Virus record (IMG/VR): IMGVR_UViG_3300009435_000019
Coordinates: 1 to 37,635 of that record
Source of the DNA: a virus
Lineage: Duplodnaviria; Caudoviricetes
Length of the DNA: 37,635 nt
Reading direction: 5' to 3' (one strand)
Position numbers and translations under genes: made by a program. The first letter of the stretch is position 1, and each line of letters starts with the position of its first letter. Below the pieces are notes generated by a model. That model ran no database searches and was not told the DNA's origin. It saw only the letters and a program-made list of their open reading frames with translations. This document shows, in pieces, positions 9,801-18,357 of this stretch.

Positions 9801-10905
9801 TAGCAGGTTGTATAATAAAATAGAGGTCCAAAAAACAGTTACTGGATATGAAAATGTCAAAGTGGAAGTTAATCAAATAGATGATATCTTCAGCATATTG
9901 GGTTCAACTAACGAACAAATACTTATAGATATTGAAGCTTCCGCTAGATTCACTGGGCTTGGGAATGTTAAAGCTTTTCAAAGCGGAATCAATAGTTTTA
10001 CAACGGTCAGCGGCTCGGAGACTGGATTTATAAATGATGGAAGCGGTAGCTATGATTTTTATAGATCTCAATCTTTTGTTTTAGGAGAAAAGCTTCTACT
10101 TCAAAATGGCTATAAAATTTTAACTGAAGACTCTGGCAATCTAAATTTAGAAGCATTAGAAATTGCGAGAATATTTAACTCTACTCCGTCTGGGTATATT
10201 AATTCTCAAGTAACATTAAACTACAATAATCCGATTATAAATGATAGAATAATAATTGATAACAATGCCTTTGTAAGAAATACGGGGAATCAGTTACCAA
10301 ATCTATTTAAGGATATAACTGGTTTGTCGAATGTTATTAATAGTGGCGAATTCGGATTTATCGCATCAATAAGTGATAACAGCACCTTACAGATCTACAC
10401 AAATGCCTTGGGAGATCTTGGTAATTTAATAACGGTCAGTTCTATCGGAAGCGATGGGAAGCCAACGTTTCAATCGGATACTTTCACTGGTGGTCAAAAT
10501 TTGTATCAACCATTAAGTGGCTACGGGACTTTTTCTGGTAGTTCTTCGGAAACAATTAATAATACTGGGATCTATGAAGTAGATTACACAGGCGAAATTA
10601 GTGGTATAATTAATATATATACTGGTAATAAGTATTTTACCGATACATGGGTTTTGCATTCTGGAAGATACAACAAAGATTATAGTTTTAAATCTGGCAT
10701 TCCTAGTGGGGTTATAACCTCGATCTATGAAGATGGCTATAATTATCTAGGCATTTACCCAAGTCAATTTAATTTATTTATTGATTACGTGCCTAGTGAT
10801 TTGATAGACTATGATGATACCAACAATGAAGCTGACGTCGCTGAGTTAATAGTTACTGGGATAAATTTAACTGGATATAAAATCCCAATATACGGAGACA
10901 AATAA
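3820..10905 (+). CDS. Large mosaic virion/adhesin-like protein (2361 aa) with VWA domain
   Basis: VWA MIDAS DIIFLFDRSGSM (D at 5929), GGKE and FTDED motifs; discoidin-like motifs QASDNGQRW and YRYYRL; acidic/Pro-Gly linker; SG/TG-rich. Confidence 0.75.
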   Translation: MSEYYTSTGRYDLSTGDILDVETNLPLKTFDLPDFFQTGNRISSNLLYNEELKVGSYYVDTFNKFYPDVPPSGSLEYEKRKIGIDSIWSTDFVKSKRFHDYYTWTGVEFSGDVEGFGVVEVAGLIYSGYSEGTLTGNYIFETGEAPSITFTGKSVVLVSKASTFSNFATTFFSGLRGLVSIRPLLQPSRNVPFVDSETETGRAYLNDALLNSIIPQFGGGTIKKWSRIDEMISGLEENSRDNKIFLLRDSDTSNISFGAQNDIPEEYVIDRIKSSQIPVYDFYTTPSNTQVSNPLQSITTFSYSRTEAEDAYISTSKQIPVWVNDQTTVLQNGPSSNWLSPADIFQFDTSEYSFVGGGYISGSKTGSITGGLYINVFDKPAILKTQVYGNYYEDKFRGNIDVSISGRVQFKNMFEEFFSGDGYGIRISGENYSNSLVTGDMFYPPYSGEPYVEGKYIEKAVNFKNFNLISPINLDGFFVNGINVNVSGNPSYSGEIYLASGVIDVNKTINTGITGEFDFFDISFLNEVPEYFVNTSGSKNLISGDNFYTYLISDASGYTETAITSGIIIPTDISEDTFTKSIDPFFSRSISGDQVVDGIKDERVEDLLPRSTNLLKTTIQANGTGRAFISGTFQGDITYTGIYYKDDDSLDGILNPAHDWNYKISDLSNFNLTGLEGDNKVRIVDDSGEDVEIAEDVDIIFLFDRSGSMGDDIRNCAAAISASELFDFRIINAFIYSYDYYYSNSTIGIINEYYDINMVTTPGSYERFQAVLNDIRSYITLEGGKENLSEAIVDIDSIGAFNGYSDRKVILCAFTDEDDDSLSNYGSQALSILGSKEVQTVFFTTTRDSYGNTNLLLEPYYNSFLNQLPPECNAQWVNMSNVNSANFSILINVIAKRGFANLDIISILSIDNADLNDYIDDLYFEDASYSQEDFWPLGSLFIKKLELSGETRRGLGVNVDDDFAILVNDEVVLSPSRNIRWYSHSPPYSVWVVGGKITANSIDYPITNLSSDYNQIFKVSDSWDGYGSVEVSIQDRIDEIELLHGPVEYSSLELVVTDGRGLIRGWNAKPLVGNLDENLSVGVYSKPFIPNGFNISTESSNDFQNAFNRSSEQLTLTEYTSIILNSIDWPYVSLTSGQSSPEYVWSYTGNIYPDDKLEIAVFDGWGFASRIIPWSAKLTWSDGLVTRETGGYYQTLDTDSAKIRSRDDTGLTALQYFSETGGGPWGESYVFYESGKGIIDITRDEKPKFVQDIAYIQYDTSGIPYNIAQGVGFSVRYQESISSSDPNFSELNKPEVKWEDVGFICNLELLGKINKDNNDDDDEDEDEGLCEPPPGCPGTEGAGGAGGEPPGGGGNVGNKDKSVSGAFFSGSIDFNKISLGDYLEFSPYNFDFSGKYMETYGTGFPSNYNLDNKFYYDRRGNNVSTFSNATELSYLLNSYYNTFTLGTKRGIWQSFKVDIEEYANDKSGDFYNGPLLKATPINSNFLQIQSLIYGEMGGYKIEFNNQDGIDSKYQYSMPISIGVQASDNGQRWKNLMLKDFNYDENSHELITDGLELQKQPLSFIEGSELRVDNEKEGIDSIIINSNDHSIISGDGVFLNQVESIGLTFTNLGYGVFTGVGFPEEIDVSDFYKEDIQFQYSGNYSGSLLGFVSGYKVVKPQEEDDELDFEDIIYPCPSPKIVKRSKSVIIESGLDSFGNYYTISQDEEAECSGCDNHYQIEIPVGHPINSGVDIEDPNYIKTGYVLCKEEIPEQEKEKLIPKVTTISYSGFFTGFEGENIFPSNNTYFNGSFTADLKPEALFEIANQVAVYPVNTASLFFEDISVIPNSVIKGEEEEESNPESDQSISFRTGFIFENENPYRYYRLFYSGFSVLPLEEGFLSQSGITIFDEINLYGPTNYQFDLSGSQEITLYDATYSGNLQVPVFGNVTGIHTGSSFSGVLPVNENKTGIITSDFFYNGEQVYATDFFGNYVTNLTGIGEASGTITGLFYNTETSRLYNKIEVQKTVTGYENVKVEVNQIDDIFSILGSTNEQILIDIEASARFTGLGNVKAFQSGINSFTTVSGSETGFINDGSGSYDFYRSQSFVLGEKLLLQNGYKILTEDSGNLNLEALEIARIFNSTPSGYINSQVTLNYNNPIINDRIIIDNNAFVRNTGNQLPNLFKDITGLSNVINSGEFGFIASISDNSTLQIYTNALGDLGNLITVSSIGSDGKPTFQSDTFTGGQNLYQPLSGYGTFSGSSSETINNTGIYEVDYTGEISGIINIYTGNKYFTDTWVLHSGRYNKDYSFKSGIPSGVITSIYEDGYNYLGIYPSQFNLFIDYVPSDLIDYDDTNNEADVAELIVTGINLTGYKIPIYGDK
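7765..7890 (+). repeat. Low-complexity GC-rich coding linker (DNNDDDDEDEDEGLCEPPPGCPGTEGAGGAGGEPPGGGGNVG)
   Basis: GAC/GAA-GAT triplet runs and two GAGCCACC copies; locally GC-rich against the AT-rich gene. Confidence 0.8.
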
Positions 10906-10907
10906 TT

Positions 10908-11810
10908 ATGGGAGGAAGATTTAAAATTATAAAAACTGGGGCAGAAACAATTCAAATTGCTGCTGCTAGTAGTATTGCAATTTCCAAAGAAAGGTATCAG
11001 CCAAATGGTGTTGATTTTTATATGGGACACGGCAAAGATGGTTCGGATCAAGATTTGAGAATATCATCTCGAATTTATATGACTGAAAAACAATATGAGG
11101 CAGAGGAGAAATCTATAGAATATGCTTCGGAGGTAGGTGTGACTGGCCCGGAAATTATCACAGATATCAAAGCTGATAAAGAACCCTCACCACAAAGTAG
11201 GGAATCCCCTTACGAAGCTTTCCATATTAAAGGCTTGGGGATCGACTTTACTCCTATATGGGACGACGATCCCCAGAAAAGGAGTTATATATATTTAGAA
11301 TTAGATTTGCATCAAACCCTAGATGTTCGTTCTGCTGCAATTGTTTGTGGACCTGTTAATGGCAATGGTAATGGAAAAATTCCTGGAGAACAAGATGAAC
11401 GCACTGATTTCCTCCCAGAGGAGGAGAAATTATTGGGATGGCCCTCCTTCCCCTCGTCATACCTTTTTAGCCTCGAACCAGATGAAAAAGGTGATCTAAT
11501 CGACACGTCCACGGGCGAAAAGCCAACTAACGATAAACTCGGTGAAAGTAGATATCAAAAAAAAGCATACGTGCTAATTGGATATTTATCTAAGGACATT
11601 TTGGCAGATTCGGGAAGTGTTATACTGTTTGATTCTAAAGCTAAAGACACGGGTTTATATATGTCGGTAGTTGGTTGTGTTGAAAATGATCTTGAAGTAT
11701 CTCATGGACTTTCCAACGAAACTCCAGTGCTTAACTTGTCTCCGCAATTTGCATCGGCGCAATTGACTTCGAATTATTTCGAATTGTCAGGTGGGGGAGG
11801 GGATGAATAA
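10908..11810 (+). CDS. Hypothetical protein (300 aa), probably tail-associated
   Basis: Long ORF starting 2 nt after the preceding stop; no recognised motif. Confidence 0.7.
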   Translation: MGGRFKIIKTGAETIQIAAASSIAISKERYQPNGVDFYMGHGKDGSDQDLRISSRIYMTEKQYEAEEKSIEYASEVGVTGPEIITDIKADKEPSPQSRESPYEAFHIKGLGIDFTPIWDDDPQKRSYIYLELDLHQTLDVRSAAIVCGPVNGNGNGKIPGEQDERTDFLPEEEKLLGWPSFPSSYLFSLEPDEKGDLIDTSTGEKPTNDKLGESRYQKKAYVLIGYLSKDILADSGSVILFDSKAKDTGLYMSVVGCVENDLEVSHGLSNETPVLNLSPQFASAQLTSNYFELSGGGGDE

Positions 11811-11822
11811 TACTTTCAATCG

Positions 11823-12689
11823 ATGAGTGATTTTGTAGAAATAGGTAGTGAGGAATATTACAAGGAGGCTTCTGAGAAAAAAAAGAAAAGCCAGCCTATT
11901 AATTTTGAAAACACAATCTGGCAGACTTTGGATCAAAAGCCATCTATAGGAAATTTATACTTCTTAGATAGTTTGCTATATAATTCTTGCAAATCTAAAG
12001 CAGAAGAGGAATTGGGATATAGCCAAGAGGAAGAAGATCTTGAAGAAAGGGAAAAGAGAATCATAGAACTTTATGAAGAAAAGGAAGGCGATATAGAAAG
12101 ATTTAATATTGCCAATTACCAAGTAGGAGCGAGTATAGATAGTATTTATGATGTAACCTTTAAAAACAGAATGTATCAACTAGATGTTCTTATTTTAACG
12201 CTCAGAACCGTCAGTTTTCCAAATTTATATGGGTTGAACATTACATACCCAGAATTAACTACCTATGCCACTAGGTCGTCAACCCTTCCACTTTTCACAG
12301 AAAGTCACGAAAGAATGACTGGGCAAGCACACGTTGGGGGCCTTAAGATAGATACTAGATTCATCTTAAGAAGAAATGGGCGATATCTGATCAAAGCGTC
12401 CGCCGTAGGAAACGGTTTCACTACAAACGGATTTGGAGCTCCTGTAGGAATAATCCCATTTTTAGGTGGAAGTCTCCCGATCCTTTTTGTTTCCTCAGAT
12501 CCAGAGGAGCAACCTCTTTATGCTTTAGGCTCCATTAGTCCAATCGAGTATAACAATAGTGGTGAAAAATTTGAAAATACTAGAAATTGGTCACTTTCTG
12601 AAGAATTAAAAAAATATGAAGACGGAGATATTGAATTCGAAAAATTGTCTTTATTAGCTGAAAAAACTTTAGGAACTATCGGAGATTAA
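11823..12689 (+). CDS. Hypothetical protein (288 aa)
   Basis: Long ORF continuing the operon; 3' end overlaps the convergent ORF by 14 nt. Confidence 0.7.
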   Translation: MSDFVEIGSEEYYKEASEKKKKSQPINFENTIWQTLDQKPSIGNLYFLDSLLYNSCKSKAEEELGYSQEEEDLEEREKRIIELYEEKEGDIERFNIANYQVGASIDSIYDVTFKNRMYQLDVLILTLRTVSFPNLYGLNITYPELTTYATRSSTLPLFTESHERMTGQAHVGGLKIDTRFILRRNGRYLIKASAVGNGFTTNGFGAPVGIIPFLGGSLPILFVSSDPEEQPLYALGSISPIEYNNSGEKFENTRNWSLSEELKKYEDGDIEFEKLSLLAEKTLGTIGD

Positions 12690-14277
12690 TACTGCCTAGA
12701 TCTCCTTTTTGGTTAACTGGTGATCCGGAATAGTCCCAAGAATAGTTAAATGTAATTTTTTTCCCGAAATTTGGGTTTGATCCTATAGTTTTTGTAATAA
12801 AAATTTCATCTCCTGATAGATAATCACTTGAAATTCCCAAAATTTGATCATGAGTGGATTTTATTCCTTCTTCAATACCAATATCATCCTTAATTACGGC
12901 AGTACCATTAATGGATAACTTGGCTCTTTCAAAGTATTCTAAATTTTGAAGGACGTATTCGTCTGAACCTTCTTGCTTTAAATATACTTGACCAACTAGT
13001 GCATAAGGTTGTGCTTTGAAGTATGGATATTCTATGCCAACAGAATAGTCAAATTTTTCAAAACCTTCTGGCGGCTCTTCTTCGTTTGTAACGTTAACGG
13101 AAAAACTTATTTCCCCTTTAAATTTATTTTTTGTAACACTGGCCGAGGTATAATTCTTATTTATATCTTCAATATCATAATAATTAGAAAAAAGTTCCAA
13201 TACATTCTCGCTTTTATAGATATTTATTTTCGAATCGTAATTACTTTCGATAAGCTCCCATTTATCTGTTAAATCTGACCTTCCCTTTAAAGAACCTTTT
13301 AGAGAATATTTTGTTATTTTATCTTCTCCCTTGCTTTCGTTCAAGGATAATTCTAAAATCAATGTATCTTCACCAATATTGCTTATAGCGTCGTCATATT
13401 CAAAGCTAAAGGATATGGATTTAGCTTTATTATTTATTTTGTTTGTCTTTGTAATCGGAGTTTCATTTAGCGTTATGCCGTGACTCTCTTCTATTATTGT
13501 TTTAAATTCCAAGTCCGCAAGAATTGTTTCTAATTCTTCTGGGGTTGTATTTATTCCACCAGTAATATCCCCAGATATAGAAGCCTTATGAAAGCCTTGA
13601 ACTTCTTCGCTTATAATAACGCTATAACTAATTTTAGATTTTTTATTAGTATTAAGCAAATCAAGTTCATAAACTTCGCTAATAGAATATTCTCCATTAA
13701 TTCTATTTATACTCTCTGATTGACTTATTAATACAAAATCGGAAGAACTAGTTACGCCATTTTCTAGGTAAGCTGCCAGACTCGTCGGAACTTCTGTGAC
13801 TACTGGATAAACCAAGTTTTTAACAAAGGTTTGAACAGTGTCGAATCCTGTGCCGTCTAAACCTTCAGTATTTATTCCAGCCGCAGATGCGACATGGCTA
13901 ACCCTTAAAACTTTTTCTCTGTCTTCGGAAAAATCCCATTTGTCTGAGGGGTTAATTATACCTTGTTCGATAAAGTAATCATTGGGATAGCATAGTAAAA
14001 CCACAGTATAATCAATATTTGATAAATAATCTGATGGCCCAAAATCAATGCTTTGCAAAAAAACGTTTCCTCTTGTAATTCCCCCTACGCTCAATGTACC
14101 ATTTACTATTTCGTAAGTTGTAAGAATGTCGTCTTGTAAACCTAGTAAATCAACGTAACCTTCAGTGGCAATAGCTTTTCCATTCAGAGTTATATTCTCC
14201 GAAAATCCCCACTTTTTATTATAGAAAATGGGAGACTGAGTAATAGAAACTTTTGGTTCTGTAATTTTAGATATCAT
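12676..14277 (-). CDS. Acidic repeat-built baseplate/tail-tip-like protein (533 aa)
   Basis: Recurring ~95-100-aa units ending NRINGEYSISEVY / NNKAKSISFSFEY / NKFKGEISFSVNV; resembles the neighbour 14267-15829; tail module position. Confidence 0.6.
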   Translation of the reverse strand: MISKITEPKVSITQSPIFYNKKWGFSENITLNGKAIATEGYVDLLGLQDDILTTYEIVNGTLSVGGITRGNVFLQSIDFGPSDYLSNIDYTVVLLCYPNDYFIEQGIINPSDKWDFSEDREKVLRVSHVASAAGINTEGLDGTGFDTVQTFVKNLVYPVVTEVPTSLAAYLENGVTSSSDFVLISQSESINRINGEYSISEVYELDLLNTNKKSKISYSVIISEEVQGFHKASISGDITGGINTTPEELETILADLEFKTIIEESHGITLNETPITKTNKINNKAKSISFSFEYDDAISNIGEDTLILELSLNESKGEDKITKYSLKGSLKGRSDLTDKWELIESNYDSKINIYKSENVLELFSNYYDIEDINKNYTSASVTKNKFKGEISFSVNVTNEEEPPEGFEKFDYSVGIEYPYFKAQPYALVGQVYLKQEGSDEYVLQNLEYFERAKLSINGTAVIKDDIGIEEGIKSTHDQILGISSDYLSGDEIFITKTIGSNPNFGKKITFNYSWDYSGSPVNQKGDLGSINLR

Positions 14278-15829
14278 CTATGTCGGCGGACTCCCTTAGC
14301 CAATTCCAATAAACACTAAATGTCATTAAATTCTTTTTAGGGTTGAAGGATATTTTTGGTGCAGAAATGTGAAGAAATTCTTCATCTGGCTTATAGCTTG
14401 AAACATTAGAATTAATAAAGCTAATGTAATTTGAGAAACTACTTTCTTTCTCACCTCTTAATTCCATAGTTAATGTAGTTTTTCCTACTGTAGCTAAGTT
14501 TAATTTTTGAGATATCTGCTTGTCTCTTAATATGTTAAAATTATTTTTTAAATCAACTGGGTAAGAATTTGTTAAAGTATTTTTAGTTGTGATTTTGTCG
14601 TCGCCTTCCCTAGGTTCGCTTGAGTAGGTAAAGTTATAATTAATGGTCCCATCTATTTCCGAATAATTAGTATCTTCACTCGAAAGATATATCTCCCTAA
14701 AGTCTATTGTGTTACTTCTAAATGTTGTTTCTACTCTTTCTTGAATGCCGTTCTTTATTTCATCCCAAGCTGTTTTAGCATTTTCGATAGAAGAGAACGG
14801 CTTGCCATCTCCAATTATTTGTCCTCTTTCAGATATTAAGTAAAAACTTTCTGACTTTTTAATTTCATTACTATACGACCAACTATGACCCTCTTGAATA
14901 GATATGTCGTTGGAATAAACAACCGTATAAGTAACTGTTGAACTTCTTTCGTTTATATCTCTAGTAACTGATATCTTTTTTTGATTAAGAGTCTGAGGGG
15001 TGTCATATTCGTCTATAAAGACGTTGAATGCAGTAAAACATCTATCATAAGAGTTGTTAATCAAATTTGATGCTTTGCTTTTAGCCACTTCTAATAAGTC
15101 TTCTCCATTAATACCACGAACAACACCGCGCTCGGATACCGTTGTTATCCCATTGCCGTCTGTAGAAATGGAGGTTTCTAAGGTGTAATCACAATTATCC
15201 TCTGGGGCTTCAACAAAGTTATATTGATGAGATAGAGAGTATGATTTAGATATTTGATCGATACTTTCAGTAGAGTATAATTTGTATTCAGATGGATCAT
15301 AACCAACTATTAATTCTCCAGACAATGCTTGGTCAATTAAAGCCTCTGCTAGGTCTTTCGCTGAGGCTAGTGGATCAGTAGTCTCGTCGTCCAAATACAA
15401 AATACTAACCGAATAATTAAAATCTTTATTAGAGGCTGATCTATTAAACGAGAAAGATTCGCTTAAACTTTCTAAAAACTTTGTGCTCGTAGGTACGATA
15501 AAATCATCCTCTAATCCCTCTTCATAAATTTCTATAGAAGCTGAGACTTTTTTCAAATTTGGACTAAGATCGTCATCAGAAAAAGAGATGCTGGTCAACT
15601 TGCCTGTACCGAAGTCTTCGCCATTAATACTGACTTCCTCCATTATCGGCACTTCCAAAAAATCGTCAATAGCTTGAACATTCGGAGTTGAGCTTCCTTC
15701 TAAAATATCTGCATCAATTAAAAAACCCTCAACCTTCAGAGTTTTTATTTTCCTATAATTATATAAATTTGCTCCGAAATATTCATATTCCGTAGAAGAC
15801 CCTAATATTGTTGTTTTATCGAATATCAT
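14267..15829 (-). CDS. Acidic repeat-built baseplate/tail-tip-like protein (520 aa)
   Basis: Units ending DQISKSYSLSHQY / NERSSTVTYTVVY / SEIDGTINYNFTY / NPKKNLMTFSVYW; SERGVVRG and SERGQIIG repeated. Confidence 0.6.
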   Translation of the reverse strand: MIFDKTTILGSSTEYEYFGANLYNYRKIKTLKVEGFLIDADILEGSSTPNVQAIDDFLEVPIMEEVSINGEDFGTGKLTSISFSDDDLSPNLKKVSASIEIYEEGLEDDFIVPTSTKFLESLSESFSFNRSASNKDFNYSVSILYLDDETTDPLASAKDLAEALIDQALSGELIVGYDPSEYKLYSTESIDQISKSYSLSHQYNFVEAPEDNCDYTLETSISTDGNGITTVSERGVVRGINGEDLLEVAKSKASNLINNSYDRCFTAFNVFIDEYDTPQTLNQKKISVTRDINERSSTVTYTVVYSNDISIQEGHSWSYSNEIKKSESFYLISERGQIIGDGKPFSSIENAKTAWDEIKNGIQERVETTFRSNTIDFREIYLSSEDTNYSEIDGTINYNFTYSSEPREGDDKITTKNTLTNSYPVDLKNNFNILRDKQISQKLNLATVGKTTLTMELRGEKESSFSNYISFINSNVSSYKPDEEFLHISAPKISFNPKKNLMTFSVYWNWLRESADIDDI

Positions 15830-16615
15830 TTATATAAAGGTAATTATTGACATATCTACGGACGCAACATCTTCGGCACTTAAAGTGAAGTCAGTTGATT
15901 GGACTTTTCCAGAAATTGAATAATCCTGTAATGAATTTCCCTCTAAATCCTGCACACTAAAAGAAAGAGAGGCTTCTTCTCCATTGGTAGTAATAAAATG
16001 ATCAATGTTACTAGTTTTAATGTTACATTCTTTTTTTCTTTCCGTAATGTCGATGAAGTCTGGCTCATTAGCAGAATTTGATGTAAAAAATATGGGATTC
16101 TGAATTAAGGAAGCGCTCAAAGACAAGTCAGATACCCCGCTAACTCCGACTACTGGACTATTGGCGGAATGACCAATGAGGATACTATCATCAAACAAAT
16201 TGGTTAGTTGTTCAGTGGTCATTTCTTCTTGTATGTTTCCATAGTAAATCAAACTAACGCTGGCATCAAAAAGTGAGTTCTCACTTGCAGAAATGGACAA
16301 GCTTTGTGGGCATAATGGTCCGGTAAAGCTATAAGACCCAATCACCAACTCTTTGGTATTAAATTCTGAAAAATTCTCGTCTCCATCAAAAAGTGCTTTA
16401 AAGTCTTCATAAAAAACGTCCCCATCACTACCTATTAAATAGTTTATATTAATTGCAGTAGTAGGCCTTTTATTCCCGTAAGTTACTCCAGAGCTAATAG
16501 ACCCACGGTCTCTAGCGGACCCTAGAGAATTCGAAGTACTTATGCTAAAATCTTTACATAATATTTCCACACCATCGTATGTTACACTAACATCTTTATA
16601 ATTTATATAACTCAT
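15830..16615 (-). CDS. Tail-tube-like paralog (261 aa), probable tube initiator/baseplate ring
   Basis: CPQSLSISASENSLFDASVSLIY and KVQSTDFTLSAEDVASVDMSI parallel the two C-terminal strand motifs of the major tail protein halves. Confidence 0.55.
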   Translation of the reverse strand: MSYINYKDVSVTYDGVEILCKDFSISTSNSLGSARDRGSISSGVTYGNKRPTTAININYLIGSDGDVFYEDFKALFDGDENFSEFNTKELVIGSYSFTGPLCPQSLSISASENSLFDASVSLIYYGNIQEEMTTEQLTNLFDDSILIGHSANSPVVGVSGVSDLSLSASLIQNPIFFTSNSANEPDFIDITERKKECNIKTSNIDHFITTNGEEASLSFSVQDLEGNSLQDYSISGKVQSTDFTLSAEDVASVDMSIITFI

Positions 16616-17436
16616 TATGGTGCAATTTCCAAATCTTCTAAATTATTAACAAATGACTGAAACTTGATACTTCCCTCCAAAAAACCATCAACACTTGCAG
16701 TTAGTCCCTCCGATTCGATATTAGCTTTTGGCATAGAATAGATAATTGTTTCATCGCATCCCGTTATAGTAATTGTTAAATCATTTGATCCACTTGTAAA
16801 TTTTTCAAAATCATTCATAACACTATCCATAGCCGAACCAGCGACTATCAAATCCAAATCCAAAGAAATTGTATATCCTTCCACCCTAGAAACATTAACT
16901 GGTAGATGAGTTCCCATGATATAAGATGGCTTCCAACTTGTTGAGATGGAATAGTTAAAAGACTGAATGTGTTCTGTTTCTAATCTGTCAAGACCTCCAA
17001 TAAAAATAGATTTACTTTTGAATGCTTTCTCGCCTATATTATCTTGCGGGTCGATCTCTTCGTTTTCTATCTCCCCATAAGCAACAAATTCAATCGAATC
17101 GGATGGTAGGGTAGAAACCCCTCCGTTCAAGGTGTAACTATTGATATACCCTTGGTTAAAATTAAAATTAACATCAGAAGATCCCAGAGATCCATTCGAG
17201 ATAACTCCACTGTTTGCAATAAATTTACTATACAAGTCACTTCCGTCGTCTAATATTAACGCCGATATAGATCCTACAGACTCGTTCTTGCCTCCGTAAC
17301 TCCGAGTTAAAATGCCTTTTCCAACAACTTCTACTTTGGGACTAGAATAGGAGGAATCAAAAGAAAAAGAGTTCGCTCCCTTAATTGAATCGCCCTCTAA
17401 TCTTACACAAATATCTTGATTTCTAAAATACCTCAT
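16615..17436 (-). CDS. Tail-tube-like paralog (273 aa)
   Basis: GYINSYTLNGGV vs GFISSYSVSASV; IQSFNYSIS..SYIMG vs IQSFSVSVD..LERLG; ANIESEGLTASVDG vs AFFESQNTSVDIGS in 25565-26632. Confidence 0.65.
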   Translation of the reverse strand: MRYFRNQDICVRLEGDSIKGANSFSFDSSYSSPKVEVVGKGILTRSYGGKNESVGSISALILDDGSDLYSKFIANSGVISNGSLGSSDVNFNFNQGYINSYTLNGGVSTLPSDSIEFVAYGEIENEEIDPQDNIGEKAFKSKSIFIGGLDRLETEHIQSFNYSISTSWKPSYIMGTHLPVNVSRVEGYTISLDLDLIVAGSAMDSVMNDFEKFTSGSNDLTITITGCDETIIYSMPKANIESEGLTASVDGFLEGSIKFQSFVNNLEDLEIAP

Positions 17437-17448
17437 ACCTTGGCATTT

Positions 17449-17476
17449 ATTACACTTTTATCGAGCGTTATTGAAT
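17449..17476 (-). promoter_or_regulatory. Putative late promoter (good TGTAAT, weak upstream element ATTCAA)
   Basis: TGTAAT at 17454-17449, 12 nt from ATG at 17436. Confidence 0.45.
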
Positions 17477-18357
17477 TGAGCAGATTTATCAGCGCTTTCA
17501 ATGCCAGCTCTTTTCATTTTGTCTTGATCAACCCCCATAAAACTTCTATTTTTGCCTTTTTGTTTTTCGGCTTCGTGTCTCATTTGTGCAAATTCTATTA
17601 TTTCTTCTGGATCTTCAGAATCAATATTCGGGTAGTTTTTAAAAATATTTCCGAATATATTTGCATTTGCAGCTAAATTTGTTTGAAAATATGTAATTTG
17701 ACTAATTGGTTTTCCAAAATAATGATATGCATTCTCTGCTAAATCCCACGAACTTCGGAAAAACCCTTTAATAGATATTTTTCTAATATTTGATTCTCTT
17801 AATTTTTCAGTATATTTATTATAGCTCTTGTTAATTTTAAATAACTCTTCTGGTTCTATTTCATCAAAATCCTTTTCATTAAACTTTTTTTGAGAAAGGT
17901 TTTCATCTAAATATAAAGAATTTATAATATAATATTCATGCATCCTTTTGTCGGTGATGCTCTCTATTGAGCTGGATGTAATTGAATATTTTTGGTCTAA
18001 TAGATTCTCGTACTCTTTGTAACTATCTTCGAGTTGCTTTTTTGCATGTTTCTTCATGTCTTCCGCCAATGACTTCTGAATAGTTTTTTTCAGTTGATCA
18101 TTTAATTCGAGCAAGTCTTTGATTTTAACATTTTTTTCCTCTGACCACAAATCTTGAGAAATGGCCCTTTCAATTAAACTTTCAGAACTTTCTACACCTC
18201 TTTTTTTTAATCGTTCGTAAAAAAAAGAATACACTCTCTCATAATCTACATGATCATCCAAAGACATGTGCTTGATATAAAGATCGTTCTCAATATCATA
18301 AGAATAGCCTTTTAATATTTCCGAAAGCCCGCTTCGAAGAATAGAATCTTCATTCAT
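17458..18357 (-). CDS. Hypothetical helical protein (299 aa), possible tail assembly chaperone
   Basis: Charged coiled-coil centre; late YFGKPISQITYFQ segment reminiscent of chaperone C-termini (inference); TAATG coupling to upstream gene. Confidence 0.45.
   Translation of the reverse strand: MNEDSILRSGLSEILKGYSYDIENDLYIKHMSLDDHVDYERVYSFFYERLKKRGVESSESLIERAISQDLWSEEKNVKIKDLLELNDQLKKTIQKSLAEDMKKHAKKQLEDSYKEYENLLDQKYSITSSSIESITDKRMHEYYIINSLYLDENLSQKKFNEKDFDEIEPEELFKINKSYNKYTEKLRESNIRKISIKGFFRSSWDLAENAYHYFGKPISQITYFQTNLAANANIFGNIFKNYPNIDSEDPEEIIEFAQMRHEAEKQKGKNRSFMGVDQDKMKRAGIESADKSAQFNNAR

Noticed and set aside
3532-12700. Recombinase-invertible segment explaining the plus-strand block
   Set aside because: No matching inverted repeats seen at the two ends, no recombinase in window, and both junctions are tightly integrated (shared promoter palindrome, overlapping stops).
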